The notes beneath the pieces were generated by a model. It saw only the letters and a list, made by a program, of their open reading frames with translations, was not told the DNA's origin and searched no databases. A program made the translations under genes and the position numbers. A DNA stretch of 64,000 bases from an uncultured Aliarcobacter sp. (GTDB lineage Bacteria > Campylobacterota > Campylobacteria > Campylobacterales > Arcobacteraceae): NCBI GenBank assembly GCA_963664305.2, contig CAXXLV010000002.1, forward strand, positions 1,440,001 through 1,504,000, in the 5' to 3' direction. Each line of letters starts with the position of its first letter. Positions within the stretch are counted from its first letter, which is position 1. Positions 30,766 through 42,205 of the stretch are shown here, one piece after another.

Positions 30766-31434
30766 ATGAAAATATTAATAATTGAAGATGATATAAAAAT
30801 CATAAATTTTTTAAAAAAAGGTTTAGAAGAAGAGTGCTACATAGTTGATTTCTCAACAAATGGTGATGAGGGATTATATTTAGCTAGTGTTAACTCTTAT
30901 GACCTAATCTTACTTGATATTATGCTTCCTATAAAAGATGGAATTGAAGTATGTAAAAGTTTAAGAAGTTCAAATATTCAAACTCCTATAATAATGCTTA
31001 CTGCAAAAGATTCTATTGAAGATAAAATCAAAGGATTGGATATTGGAGCAAATGATTATTTAGCAAAACCTTTTTCATTTGCAGAATTACTTGCACGAAT
31101 TAGAGTTCAATTAAGAACTAATAGCGTAACACAAACAAAACTAACAATTGCAGATTTAGAACTTGATTTATTAAATAAAACAGCCACAAGAGCAAATGAA
31201 AATATAACTCTAACTGCAAAAGAGTTTTCACTTCTTGAATATCTAATAAAAAACAAAAATAGAGTTTTAAGTGAAACAACAATAAATGAGGCTCTTTCTT
31301 CTTTTGAAGATTCTAATATTAGTAATATTGTAAATGTTTATATTTATAGATTAAGAAATAAAATTGATAAAAATTTTGATAAAAAATTAATCAAAACGAT
31401 CAGAGGAATAGGATTTAAAATCAGTGAAGATTAA
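30766..31434 (+). CDS. OmpR-family response regulator (CusR/CzcR-like)
   Basis: IEDD, LDIMLP, MLTAKD, KPF, winged helix VYIYRLRNK...TIRGIGF. Confidence 0.95.
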   Translation: MKILIIEDDIKIINFLKKGLEEECYIVDFSTNGDEGLYLASVNSYDLILLDIMLPIKDGIEVCKSLRSSNIQTPIIMLTAKDSIEDKIKGLDIGANDYLAKPFSFAELLARIRVQLRTNSVTQTKLTIADLELDLLNKTATRANENITLTAKEFSLLEYLIKNKNRVLSETTINEALSSFEDSNISNIVNVYIYRLRNKIDKNFDKKLIKTIRGIGFKISED

Positions 31435-32800
31435 TTTAACAATCAAAAAGAAACTTTTAACTTATCACTTTCTTATTCAAACTTTAGTTTTAATGATTTT
31501 TTCATTTTCATTATATAAGGCTTTAGAAGTTTCAACTACAGATAAACTTGAAGCTACTTTAAAAGTTATCATTCTTGATATAACTGATGATATTTTAGAA
31601 AAAGATAAAATCACAGATAATGTTTTAGATGAAGAGAAAGAGTATAAATTTGAACCTTTATATATTAGAATTTTAGATAATAAAACTCACAAAAAAATAA
31701 CACAAACAAGTAATTTTCCAGATAATATAGAACATGATGACAATTATTTAAATGTTTTAAAAGAAAATATCGTAACTTTTGAAAAACAAAACAACTATTT
31801 AGTAAGTAGGATAAAAATAGATTTCCATGGTGAACAAACAATCATTATTGAAGCTGTAACAACAAAAGATATGCTAACTTCAACATTAGAAAACTTACTA
31901 TATATTTTTTATTTTATACTTCCAATAGTTCTTATTTTTGCAGTAATTGGTGGAAACTTTATAATCTATAAATCATTTTCACCAATTGAAAATATTTTAT
32001 TTGAGCTAAAACAGATAAATGCAAATGATTTATCAGCAAGATTAAAAGAGACAAAAACAAAAGATGAAATTTATCAACTAATAAAAGAAGTTAATAATCT
32101 TCTATCTCGTTTAGAAAACTCTTTTGAAAGAATTTCGCAATTCAGTTCAGATGCTTCTCATGAGTTAAAAACTCCCCTTACAATAATAAAAGGTGAAATA
32201 GAAGTAGCGTTGAGAAAAGATAGAACTATAAATGAATATAAAGATTCATTAAAAACTTCTCTAAATGAGATTTGTATAATCGAACAAACGATAAATGATT
32301 TACTTTTCTTAGCTAAAAATGAAAAAGATTTAATAGTTGATAAACAAGAAGAGTTTTATTTAGATGAATTGACAGATGAAGCAATCAACGAGCTTAGAAA
32401 TTTTGCAAAACTTCATAAAGTAGAAACAACTCTTTTAATTGAAGATAGTATAGAACTAAAAGGTTTCCCAAATTTATTAAAAATAGCCATCAAAAATGCT
32501 TTAAAAAATGCTATTCAATTTAGTCATGAAAATTCTGAAGTTATTGTAAAAATATTTAAGAAAGAGAATCTTTTAAATATTTCAATACAAGATTTTGGAA
32601 TTGGTATTCCTTTAAATGAACAAAATAAAATATTTGAAAAATTTTATAGAACAGATAAAAGTAGGAATAAAAATTCTGGTGGGACAGGTCTTGGAATGTC
32701 AATTTTAAAAAAGATTGTTGATATTCATAAAGGTGAAATAAATATAAAAAGTATAGAAAATTCAGGTACAACAATTAGCTTATCATTTCCTATAAAATAA
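31424..32800 (+). CDS. Sensor histidine kinase (CusS/CzcS-like, HAMP)
   Basis: FSSDASHELKTPL, DFGIGI, FYRTDKSR, GTGLG. Confidence 0.94.
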   Translation: MKINLTIKKKLLTYHFLIQTLVLMIFSFSLYKALEVSTTDKLEATLKVIILDITDDILEKDKITDNVLDEEKEYKFEPLYIRILDNKTHKKITQTSNFPDNIEHDDNYLNVLKENIVTFEKQNNYLVSRIKIDFHGEQTIIIEAVTTKDMLTSTLENLLYIFYFILPIVLIFAVIGGNFIIYKSFSPIENILFELKQINANDLSARLKETKTKDEIYQLIKEVNNLLSRLENSFERISQFSSDASHELKTPLTIIKGEIEVALRKDRTINEYKDSLKTSLNEICIIEQTINDLLFLAKNEKDLIVDKQEEFYLDELTDEAINELRNFAKLHKVETTLLIEDSIELKGFPNLLKIAIKNALKNAIQFSHENSEVIVKIFKKENLLNISIQDFGIGIPLNEQNKIFEKFYRTDKSRNKNSGGTGLGMSILKKIVDIHKGEINIKSIENSGTTISLSFPIK

Positions 32801-32836
32801 CTTTTTTATGTTTCAGTTTGTTTTAATGAAAAAAGA

Positions 32837-32845
32837 TGTTATAAT
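32837..32845 (+). promoter_or_regulatory. Extended -10 promoter (TGnTATAAT)
   Basis: tgttataat upstream of the sORF. Confidence 0.55.
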
Positions 32846-32875
32846 TACATTATCTTAAACAATTTAGGAGGTTAA

Positions 32876-32914
32876 ATGGCGAAAATTTCACTTTTTATGG
32901 TTGTTAAAATTTAA
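32876..32914 (+). CDS. Putative small ORF, 12 aa (MAKISLFMVVKI)
   Basis: Perfect AGGAGG at 32866-32871, own promoter and terminator. Confidence 0.45.
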   Translation: MAKISLFMVVKI

Positions 32915-32984
32915 CTCAAAAGTAAGTTTATTTTTAAGTAAACTTGGTAAATAAAAGTTTTATTTACTAAATAAATAATTTTTT

Positions 32985-33012
32985 AAAGGGCTCTATTTAG
33001 GAGCCCTTTTTT
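32985..33012 (+). terminator. Intrinsic terminator, probably bidirectional
   Basis: aaagggctc-tatttag-gagcccttt plus T-run. Confidence 0.85.
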
Positions 33013-33013
33013 A

Positions 33014-34231
33014 TTAGTCATTAAAAACTATATCTATTGCATTTATTATATCAATATCAATTTTATAATCACTTAGATTTTTTCTTAAAATTGATATAGC
33101 TTGATTATGAGACATTGAGTTTCTATATGGTCTATCCTCAACTAAAGCTTGATAAAAATCTAAACATGAAACGATTCTTTCTTCAAGTCCCAATTCATTT
33201 GAAGTTAAACCAAAAGGATAACCTGAACCGTCAAGTTTTTCATGGTGGGCTGATGCCCATTTTGTAATATCACTAAAATTATCTATTTTACTTAATATTA
33301 AATGTGTTAAATAAGCATGTTTTTTTATCTCAAAAAGTTCTTTTTGTGATAAACTGCCCTCTTTATCTAAAATTGTATTTGGAGTTCCAAGTTTTCCAAT
33401 ATCATGTAAATTTGATGCTATTTGGATTTTTAATTTTGTTTCTTCATCTAAATTAAAATATTCCACAAGTCTTAAAGATTTTTCTTCTAAATCAACAGAA
33501 TGTTTTGCCGTAAATTTTGATTTTCCATCAATTATTTTTGAAAATATTTTTGTAATTGATAAAAATTTATCCAAAGAAACATCTATCGCAAAATTTGGTA
33601 ATATTTTTTCTAAAGGATTTACTTCATCAAAAAACTCTAAATCTCCCCAAAATAAAAAAGAATTAGATAAAGTTTTATAAACATCAACAATTTGTGTTGA
33701 AAAAAGCTTTTTCTCATTTTCTAAAACAAAAGCTAAAATCAACTCTTTTTTATCATAACAAATATTTGATAATTCAAAAGTTGTATCTAAAGTATCTGCA
33801 AATGAGATTAATTGAGCAAATAAGGGAATTTCATCTGCTTTCTTTCCAAAAAGACCAGAACCATCATAATTTTCATGATGATAAAGAATTATATCTTTTT
33901 GTTTAGTTAGAAAAGGAAATTCTTTTATATTATTTTCTCCAATTGAGCAGTGTTCTGAAAAATTAACAAAGTTAAAATAGTCCTCTTTTTTATTTAATTC
34001 GGATTGTGAAGTAAAATTACAAAAACTCTCTATCAAACCATTATCATGCAATAAAGAGTATGAGCATAAATCAAATTTATCTTCATCACTCAGGCCAATT
34101 ATTTCTGCCATTTTTAAACAAATATACGCAACTCTTTTACTATGTTTTGAAGAGGTACATTTTATTTCACTTTCGGCTAAATCTAAAGCAAATGATATTG
34201 AAAATAGAAATTTATTGAGGCTAAGTGTCAT
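33014..34231 (-). CDS. Tandem HD/HD-GYP domain protein
   Basis: LLHDNG...HHENYDGSG and LHDIGK...HHEKLDGSGYP. Confidence 0.9.
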   Translation of the reverse strand: MTLSLNKFLFSISFALDLAESEIKCTSSKHSKRVAYICLKMAEIIGLSDEDKFDLCSYSLLHDNGLIESFCNFTSQSELNKKEDYFNFVNFSEHCSIGENNIKEFPFLTKQKDIILYHHENYDGSGLFGKKADEIPLFAQLISFADTLDTTFELSNICYDKKELILAFVLENEKKLFSTQIVDVYKTLSNSFLFWGDLEFFDEVNPLEKILPNFAIDVSLDKFLSITKIFSKIIDGKSKFTAKHSVDLEEKSLRLVEYFNLDEETKLKIQIASNLHDIGKLGTPNTILDKEGSLSQKELFEIKKHAYLTHLILSKIDNFSDITKWASAHHEKLDGSGYPFGLTSNELGLEERIVSCLDFYQALVEDRPYRNSMSHNQAISILRKNLSDYKIDIDIINAIDIVFND

Positions 34232-34296
34232 AAAGAAATTCCTGAAATAAGTTTTTTCATTATAACAAAAAAATAGTAATTTTATAAATTAGACAT

Positions 34297-34326
34297 AAAA
34301 AAACCGCACTCAAATGAGTACGGTTT
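34297..34326 (-). terminator. Intrinsic terminator after groEL
   Basis: Minus strand aaaccgtactc-attt-gagtgcggttt followed by a U-run. Confidence 0.85.
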
Positions 34327-34349
34327 AAAAAAGAAACTTAAAAATGATT

Positions 34350-36241
<1,892 letters not shown>

Positions 36242-36287
36242 ACTATTTCCTTTTATTATAATTATATTTTCTTTTAAAACTTAGTAT

Positions 36288-36314
36288 TTAGCACTCTAAA
36301 TTTCTAAGTGCTAA
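36288..36314. promoter_or_regulatory. CIRCE element (HrcA operator)
   Basis: TTAGCACTC-N9-AAGTGCTAA, one mismatch to TTAGCACTC-N9-GAGTGCTAA. Confidence 0.9.
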
Positions 36315-36343
36315 ATTTTAATAAATTTTAGATAATTTGTCAA
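36315..36343 (-). promoter_or_regulatory. groESL promoter
   Basis: TTGACA (36343-36338), 17 bp spacer, TAAAAT (36320-36315). Confidence 0.75.
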
Positions 36344-36347
36344 TATA

Positions 36348-36368
36348 TTTGAGTTAAATTGACTAATA
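36348..36368. promoter_or_regulatory. HAIR-like element (possible HspR operator)
   Basis: tTTGAGT-N7-ACTaAt versus CTTGAGT-N7-ACTCAAG. Confidence 0.5.
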
Positions 36369-36375
36369 GTTTTAT

Positions 36376-37236
36376 TTATTTATGTCTATTTATATATTTA
36401 AGAAGTAACTCTTCTAAAGAGTTTTTTAGATTAGATTCAAAAGTATTTAAAGTATTTATACATTTTAATGACAATTCATCTGCACTACTTCTTGCTCCTT
36501 CTAATCCCAAAAGATTTACAAAAGAGTTTTTTGCTCCATCATTTTGAGTTGTTTTACCAGCTTCAGAAGATGTACATGTTTCATCTATAATATCATCTTG
36601 GATTTGAAATAATAAACCTAAATCTATACCAAAATCATATAATTTATTTTGAGTTGCAATATCATATTCACTAATAATTGCACCCATTTTAAGACTTGCA
36701 GCTATTAGCCTAGCTGTTTTATGAATATGTAAATATTCTAATTGATTAAGTTCTAATTTTTGATTTTCAAAAAAACAATCTATAGCTTGACCAATTATCA
36801 TTCCATTAATTCCACCATTTGTTGCCAAACATTTGATTAATTCAACTTTAATATCATTATGTAATGAAGCATTTACAACTAAATTAAAAGCTTCTGTATT
36901 TAAAGCATCACCAACTAAAATAGCAGTAACTTCATCATATTTTTTATGTAAAGTTTGGAAACCTCGTCTTAAATCTGCATTATCCATTGATGGTAAATCA
37001 TCATGGATTAAAGAATAAGTATGTAAAAATTCTAATCCTAATGCAACAGACATGGCATTTGAAAGAAGTAAAGATTTATTTGATTTTACTACAGATAATA
37101 AAAGCATAGGTCTAAATCTTTTTCCACCAGCTTTTAACATTTCTGCTAAAGCCTCTTCAAAATATGGATGAAAAGATTTAGATACAGGAAGATTATTTAA
37201 TAAATACTCTTCAAAAGAGTCTAATAGATTTTTCAT
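36376..37236 (-). CDS. ispA: Geranyl/farnesyl diphosphate synthase
   Basis: GGKRFRP, SLIHDDLPSMD, RRG, FQIQDD. Confidence 0.92.
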   Translation of the reverse strand: MKNLLDSFEEYLLNNLPVSKSFHPYFEEALAEMLKAGGKRFRPMLLLSVVKSNKSLLLSNAMSVALGLEFLHTYSLIHDDLPSMDNADLRRGFQTLHKKYDEVTAILVGDALNTEAFNLVVNASLHNDIKVELIKCLATNGGINGMIIGQAIDCFFENQKLELNQLEYLHIHKTARLIAASLKMGAIISEYDIATQNKLYDFGIDLGLLFQIQDDIIDETCTSSEAGKTTQNDGAKNSFVNLLGLEGARSSADELSLKCINTLNTFESNLKNSLEELLLKYINRHK

Positions 37237-37239
37237 TAA

Positions 37240-37560
37240 TTATTTTTGTCCAAAAGAACCAAGACCACCCATAAGGTTCATAGCCATCATTTTTTTGTTT
37301 TCATCACTTTGTTTAATTATATCATTCATACAAGAGATTAATAAAATTTGTAAAGAGTCTTTATCTTCAAGTAATGAATCATCAATTTTTAAATCAATAA
37401 CTTCAGAGTTTCCATTGATTGAAATTTCAACCATTCCTCCACCAGCTTTTGATGTAAAAATTTTTGATGCATTTTCATCTTTAGCATTTTTTGCCATATC
37501 TTGAAATTGATTTAACATATCACCTAAATTTAAGTTTTTTAAATCAATTCCATCAAACAT
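37240..37560 (-). CDS. ybaB: YbaB/EbfC nucleoid-associated protein
   Basis: [23 protein letters not shown]. Confidence 0.88.
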   Translation of the reverse strand: MFDGIDLKNLNLGDMLNQFQDMAKNAKDENASKIFTSKAGGGMVEISINGNSEVIDLKIDDSLLEDKDSLQILLISCMNDIIKQSDENKKMMAMNLMGGLGSFGQK

Positions 37561-37936
37561 GGTCACTTCCTACTAATTCATGTGTAATTAATTCTATATT
37601 ATTTTTTTCATCAACCAATACAACTGTTGGTTTATAATTTTCTAGTTCAGATTCATTATAAGAAGCATAAGAGATAACTATAATTTTATCTCCAATTTCT
37701 ACTTTTCTAGCTGCTGCTCCATTTAGACACATGTCTTTAGAACCAGCTTTACCTTTTATTACATATGTTTGGAATCTTTCACCATTATTAATATTTACTA
37801 TATCAACTTTTTGACCAACTCTTAAATTTGAAGCATTCATTAACTCTTCATCTATTGTAATTGATCCAACATAATTCAAGTTTGCATCTGTAACAGTAGC
37901 TCTATGAATTTTACTATATAGCATATCAAATGTCAT
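37553..37936 (-). CDS. panD: Aspartate 1-decarboxylase
   Basis: [23 protein letters not shown]. Confidence 0.98.
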   Translation of the reverse strand: MTFDMLYSKIHRATVTDANLNYVGSITIDEELMNASNLRVGQKVDIVNINNGERFQTYVIKGKAGSKDMCLNGAAARKVEIGDKIIVISYASYNESELENYKPTVVLVDEKNNIELITHELVGSDHV

Positions 37937-37948
37937 ATAACAATCCCT

Positions 37949-38311
37949 TTATTTTACTAAATTAATGGGGTCACCCCAAAATGTAGAAGGAATTAAATAC
38001 TCTTCTACAGGTTTCCCACCTAATATGTGTTCATCAATTATTCTATCAATTTTTTCCTTAGTTAAAGAAGAATACATAAAATGCCCTGGTTCAACCAACA
38101 TCAAAGGTCCCATCTGACATCTTCCAAGACATGATGTTCTTACAATTTGTACTGGTCCCATAACCCCTGTCTTCATCAAGCTTTGTGCAGCATGATTAAA
38201 TAAATCTCTAGTATTTTCATTTACACAAGATGGTTTTGGCATTCCTGGAGGAGAACTTTGTTCACATTTAAATATATAAAACGTTGGTTGAGGGATAGAT
38301 GGCATTTCCAT
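37949..38311 (-). CDS. Thioredoxin-like [2Fe-2S] ferredoxin
   Basis: C..C...SCLGRCQMGP, EHILGGKPV. Confidence 0.85.
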   Translation of the reverse strand: MEMPSIPQPTFYIFKCEQSSPPGMPKPSCVNENTRDLFNHAAQSLMKTGVMGPVQIVRTSCLGRCQMGPLMLVEPGHFMYSSLTKEKIDRIIDEHILGGKPVEEYLIPSTFWGDPINLVK

Positions 38312-38461
38312 AATTTTTCCTTTCTAATCGAAAACTCAAGTATAACAATTTGGAGAATTTTAACACTTTTTTTTTAAAGTATTATAAAATAGCTTAATAT
38401 CTTTTTTTTAAAACTAATTATAATATACTAATTTCCCAAAAACTATAAATAAAGGATTTAT

Positions 38462-38992
38462 ATGAAGAAAATATTGTTTTTTTTATGTTCTTTTATGTTA
38501 CTTTTAGAAGCAAATCCAACTGCTTTATTTGAAACATCAAAAGGTAACATAGAAATTGAACTAAGACCTGATTTAGCACCAAAAGCAGTTGAAAATTTTG
38601 TGACACATGCAAAAAATGGTTATTATAATGGTCAAATATTTCATAGAGTAATTCAAAACTTCATGATTCAAGGTGGAGATCCAACAGGAACAGGAGCAGG
38701 TGGAGAATCAATCTGGAATAAACCATTTGAAGATGAATTTGCACCAAATGCAGTTTTTGATAAAGCTGGTATTTTAGCAATGGCAAATAGAGGTCCAAAT
38801 ACAAATGGAAGTCAATTCTTTATTACAACTGTTCCAACTTATTGGTTAAATGGAAGACATACAATTTTTGGTTATGTAAAAAGTGGATTTGATGTTGTAA
38901 GAAAAATTGAAAACGTTGACACAAATGGAAAATATGAAGGTAACAAACCTTTAGAAGATGTAACAATCAACACAATTACAATAAAAGAATAA
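38462..38992 (+). CDS. ppiA: Cyclophilin-type peptidyl-prolyl isomerase
   Basis: FHRVIQNFMIQGGDP, AMANRGPNTNGSQFFI; signal peptide. Confidence 0.93.
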   Translation: MKKILFFLCSFMLLLEANPTALFETSKGNIEIELRPDLAPKAVENFVTHAKNGYYNGQIFHRVIQNFMIQGGDPTGTGAGGESIWNKPFEDEFAPNAVFDKAGILAMANRGPNTNGSQFFITTVPTYWLNGRHTIFGYVKSGFDVVRKIENVDTNGKYEGNKPLEDVTINTITIKE

Positions 38993-39014
38993 ATCAAGAT
39001 TTTCTTGATTTATT
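38988..39014. terminator. Hairpin between convergent genes
   Basis: aataaatcaaga-ttt-tcttgatttatt. Confidence 0.65.
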
Positions 39015-40366
39015 TATCCAAAAATTTTACTCATTAAACTCTTATCTGCATGAGCAATAATTTGTTTCTCAAGATTCTCAATTCTTTGAGTTTCCATTTT
39101 AGCTTTTTCTTTCCAGTATTCAAGTTTTTGTAATAATACTTCATCAGATTGCACTGAATCTAATTGTTCAGTTAGTTCAGTAATTTTTTCTTCTAATTCT
39201 TCAATTTTTTCATCGTAATTAACTTTTAATTGAGTTACTCTCTTTTCATCATTTTGTTCAAGTTGAGCAAATTTATCTTTTAATTTTTTTAATTCAAGTC
39301 TTAAATCACTATTTTCTTTTGTCATTTTAAAAGCTAAATGAGAGTTAGAATTCTTTTTATAAAGAGCTATTTCTGTTTTAAGATTTTTATTTTCTAATCT
39401 ATATTTTTCATTACTATAAATATATTTATCAACATTTTTTAATGCATGTTCTAATTCTACTTGTACAGTTTCTAGTTTATATTTCAATTCATTGATAATA
39501 TTATTTTGCTCTAAACTTCCCTCTTTACTTCTTATGTAAATATCACTTTTATCTCTCATAAGTGCAAGTTGGATTTCTCTTTTTTTATTTAACTCTTCTG
39601 TTATATCTTTTTGTATTGAAATTGCACCTATCATCTCTCCTGAATCATCAAGAGTTGGAATTACATAAGCATCAGTATTATAAGAAGTTCCATCTTTTTT
39701 TAAATTTTTTAGTTTACCTTGCCAAGGTTTATTATTTAAAACTCTTGCATATAAATTTGTATATACATCATTTGAAACATCAGGAAATTTTAAAAACTTT
39801 AACTCTTTACCAATTAGTTCATCTTCATTAAAACCTGAAATTTGACAAAATAATTCATTTACATATGTAATATTTAAATGAACATCTGTTTTTATAACAA
39901 TATTATTTGTATCAATGATTTCTTTATATTTTGCTAGTTCTTCTTGTTGTTGTTTTAGTAAAAATTCTTGATAAATATTTGAAGCCATACTATTCATCAA
40001 ATCTAATAAGTTTCTAACATCAATAGGTTTTACTATATATTCTTGAACTCTTAACTTTATAGCCTCTGCTAAAAACTCATTATCTGAATATGCTGTTGCT
40101 AAAATAACAGGAACATTACTATTAACACTTCTAATTTTTTTTATCATTTCTATACCATTTAAAAGTGGCATATTAATATCTGATAAAACGATATCTATTT
40201 CATCTTCATTTTCAAGAAAAGTTCGAAGTCCTTCTTTTCCATCTTTTGCAACAAAAACTTTTGAGAAAAAATTACCTAAAAGTTGAGATAATTCTAAACG
40301 AATTACATTATCATCTTCAACATATAATAAAGTTAATCTTTTCAGTAAGTTTTTATCAATTCCCAT
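39014..40366 (-). CDS. REC-PAS protein with long coiled-coil C-terminus
   Basis: LLYVEDD, SDINMP, KP; PAS (YVNELFC..SG, WQG); heptad E/K/L-rich tail. Confidence 0.88.
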   Translation of the reverse strand: MGIDKNLLKRLTLLYVEDDNVIRLELSQLLGNFFSKVFVAKDGKEGLRTFLENEDEIDIVLSDINMPLLNGIEMIKKIRSVNSNVPVILATAYSDNEFLAEAIKLRVQEYIVKPIDVRNLLDLMNSMASNIYQEFLLKQQQEELAKYKEIIDTNNIVIKTDVHLNITYVNELFCQISGFNEDELIGKELKFLKFPDVSNDVYTNLYARVLNNKPWQGKLKNLKKDGTSYNTDAYVIPTLDDSGEMIGAISIQKDITEELNKKREIQLALMRDKSDIYIRSKEGSLEQNNIINELKYKLETVQVELEHALKNVDKYIYSNEKYRLENKNLKTEIALYKKNSNSHLAFKMTKENSDLRLELKKLKDKFAQLEQNDEKRVTQLKVNYDEKIEELEEKITELTEQLDSVQSDEVLLQKLEYWKEKAKMETQRIENLEKQIIAHADKSLMSKIFG

Positions 40367-40379
40367 TTTTTAACTTTTA

Positions 40380-40859
40380 TTAGTCTTTTAATTCGTCTTT
40401 TGCAACTACTTTTTCTATATCCATAACTACAAGCATTTGGTTATTATCAAGTCTTACATAACCTTTTAAATATTTTGAAGGAATAGCAGAACCCATTTCA
40501 GAAACAGGAGCTAACATACTTGTATCTAGCTTTTGAACATCATCAACTAAATCTACAATAATTCCTATCATTCTTTTATCTTCAGTAATTACAGCAATAA
40601 CTGAAGTATTTTCATCGTATGTTCCAGGTCCTGTGTTAAATTTAATTCTAATATCTAAAATAGGAACAACTTCTCCTCTTAAATTAATCAAACCTTTCAC
40701 CCATTTTGAAGTGTTTGGTAAAGGAGTAATATTGTCAGGGTAAGTTAAAATTTCTCTAATTTTTGGTAATTCTATAGCATACTTCATCGCACCTAATTCA
40801 AATGTCATAAACTCACTTGTATTTGCGTAATTTACAACTTTTTTATCATTACTTTCCAT
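40380..40859 (-). CDS. cheW: Chemotaxis coupling protein CheW
   Basis: GLINLRGEVVPILD, GIIVDLV. Confidence 0.93.
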   Translation of the reverse strand: MESNDKKVVNYANTSEFMTFELGAMKYAIELPKIREILTYPDNITPLPNTSKWVKGLINLRGEVVPILDIRIKFNTGPGTYDENTSVIAVITEDKRMIGIIVDLVDDVQKLDTSMLAPVSEMGSAIPSKYLKGYVRLDNNQMLVVMDIEKVVAKDELKD

Positions 40860-40932
40860 AATTATTCCTTTTTAATTTAAGCAAAGCTTATAAACTTATT
40901 TTTTATTATTCTACCTACACTAAACTTAAATT

Positions 40933-42186
40933 CTATTGTTTAGTTAGTCTATTTAAAGTACAGCTTGCTATATATTTGGGTGTTTGAAGTTCTACTTCAT
41001 CTCCAACTTTTAAATCTTCTAAAGAAATTATTTTATTCTCTTTAGAAATCTGTACAAAACCATTTTTATCTTTTTTATCAGGATGATTTAATTCAAAATT
41101 TGATTTTAATAAATCTATTTGATTTTGTGATTTTAGCAAAAATGCTGAAAAACTATTTTTTACACTACTTTTTAATAAAGCTAATTCATTTTGTGAACTC
41201 AAAATTTTTTGAGATAAATCTGTTTTAAAAGATGATTTTAAAAGATTAATTTCCGTTTGAATAAACTTAAATTTAGTCTCTATAGAATTTTGTTCCATCA
41301 ATCTTTTCATATTTGAAAGTTCTTGTTGTTTATTAAATAAAATATTTTTAAATCTATTAATATATTCATTCATTAAAGAATCTAAATAAATTCTATGTTC
41401 ATTTATATCGGGAAGTGCTATTTCTATTGCATTTGATGGAGTTGCAGCTCTCACATCAGCAACAAAATCACTTATTAGATAATCTATTTCATGACCAACA
41501 GCAGAAATTATAGGAGTTCTTGCATCATAAATAGCATTTGCAACTATCTCTTCATTAAAAGCCCATAAGTCTTCAACACTTCCTCCACCTCGTCCTACAA
41601 TCATGATATCACAATTTAAACTATCAGCATATTTTATAGAATTTACAATATCAAAGGTAGCACCTTCTCCTTGAACTAAAGTTGGAACTAAAATAAACTC
41701 TGTCAGAGGCCATCTATGAGTTGCAACTTTTTTCATATCTTCAATTGCTGCTCCTGTTGGACTTGTTACAAGTGCGATTTTTTTTGGATATTTTGGAAGA
41801 ACTTTCTTATTTTCACCAAGAAAATAACCTTTTGCTTCTAGTTTTGTTTTTAGTTGTTCAAATGCAAAAGCTAAAGCACCTTTTCCTGATGGTTCAATTT
41901 TATTACATAATATTTGGTAGTTTCCTCTTGGAGCATAAACAGTTAAACTTCCAGTTATTACAATTTTTAAACCATTTTCAAGTTGGAATTTTAAATATTT
42001 CGTATTTCCTTTGAACATTACACAAGAGATAGTTGAAGATTCATCTTTTATTGAAAAATAGATATGTCCAGAGTTATGATAAGTAAGATTTGAAATCTCT
42101 CCTTCTACATAAATTTGAATAAATGTAGTTTCAAGTAAAGATTTTATTTGAACATTTAAAGTTGATACGCTAATTGGTGGATTCAT
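40933..42186 (-). CDS. xseA: Exodeoxyribonuclease VII large subunit
   Basis: GEISN, SGHIYFSIKD, RGGGSVEDLWAFNEE, VGHEID, ATPS. Confidence 0.97.
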   Translation of the reverse strand: MNPPISVSTLNVQIKSLLETTFIQIYVEGEISNLTYHNSGHIYFSIKDESSTISCVMFKGNTKYLKFQLENGLKIVITGSLTVYAPRGNYQILCNKIEPSGKGALAFAFEQLKTKLEAKGYFLGENKKVLPKYPKKIALVTSPTGAAIEDMKKVATHRWPLTEFILVPTLVQGEGATFDIVNSIKYADSLNCDIMIVGRGGGSVEDLWAFNEEIVANAIYDARTPIISAVGHEIDYLISDFVADVRAATPSNAIEIALPDINEHRIYLDSLMNEYINRFKNILFNKQQELSNMKRLMEQNSIETKFKFIQTEINLLKSSFKTDLSQKILSSQNELALLKSSVKNSFSAFLLKSQNQIDLLKSNFELNHPDKKDKNGFVQISKENKIISLEDLKVGDEVELQTPKYIASCTLNRLTKQ

Positions 42187-42205
42187 TGTTTTTAAAGCTA
42201 GAAAA

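Noticed and set aside
24845..32800. Operon as a mobile island or recent acquisition
   Set aside because: No integrase, transposase, tRNA or flanking direct repeats, and composition looks host-like by eye.
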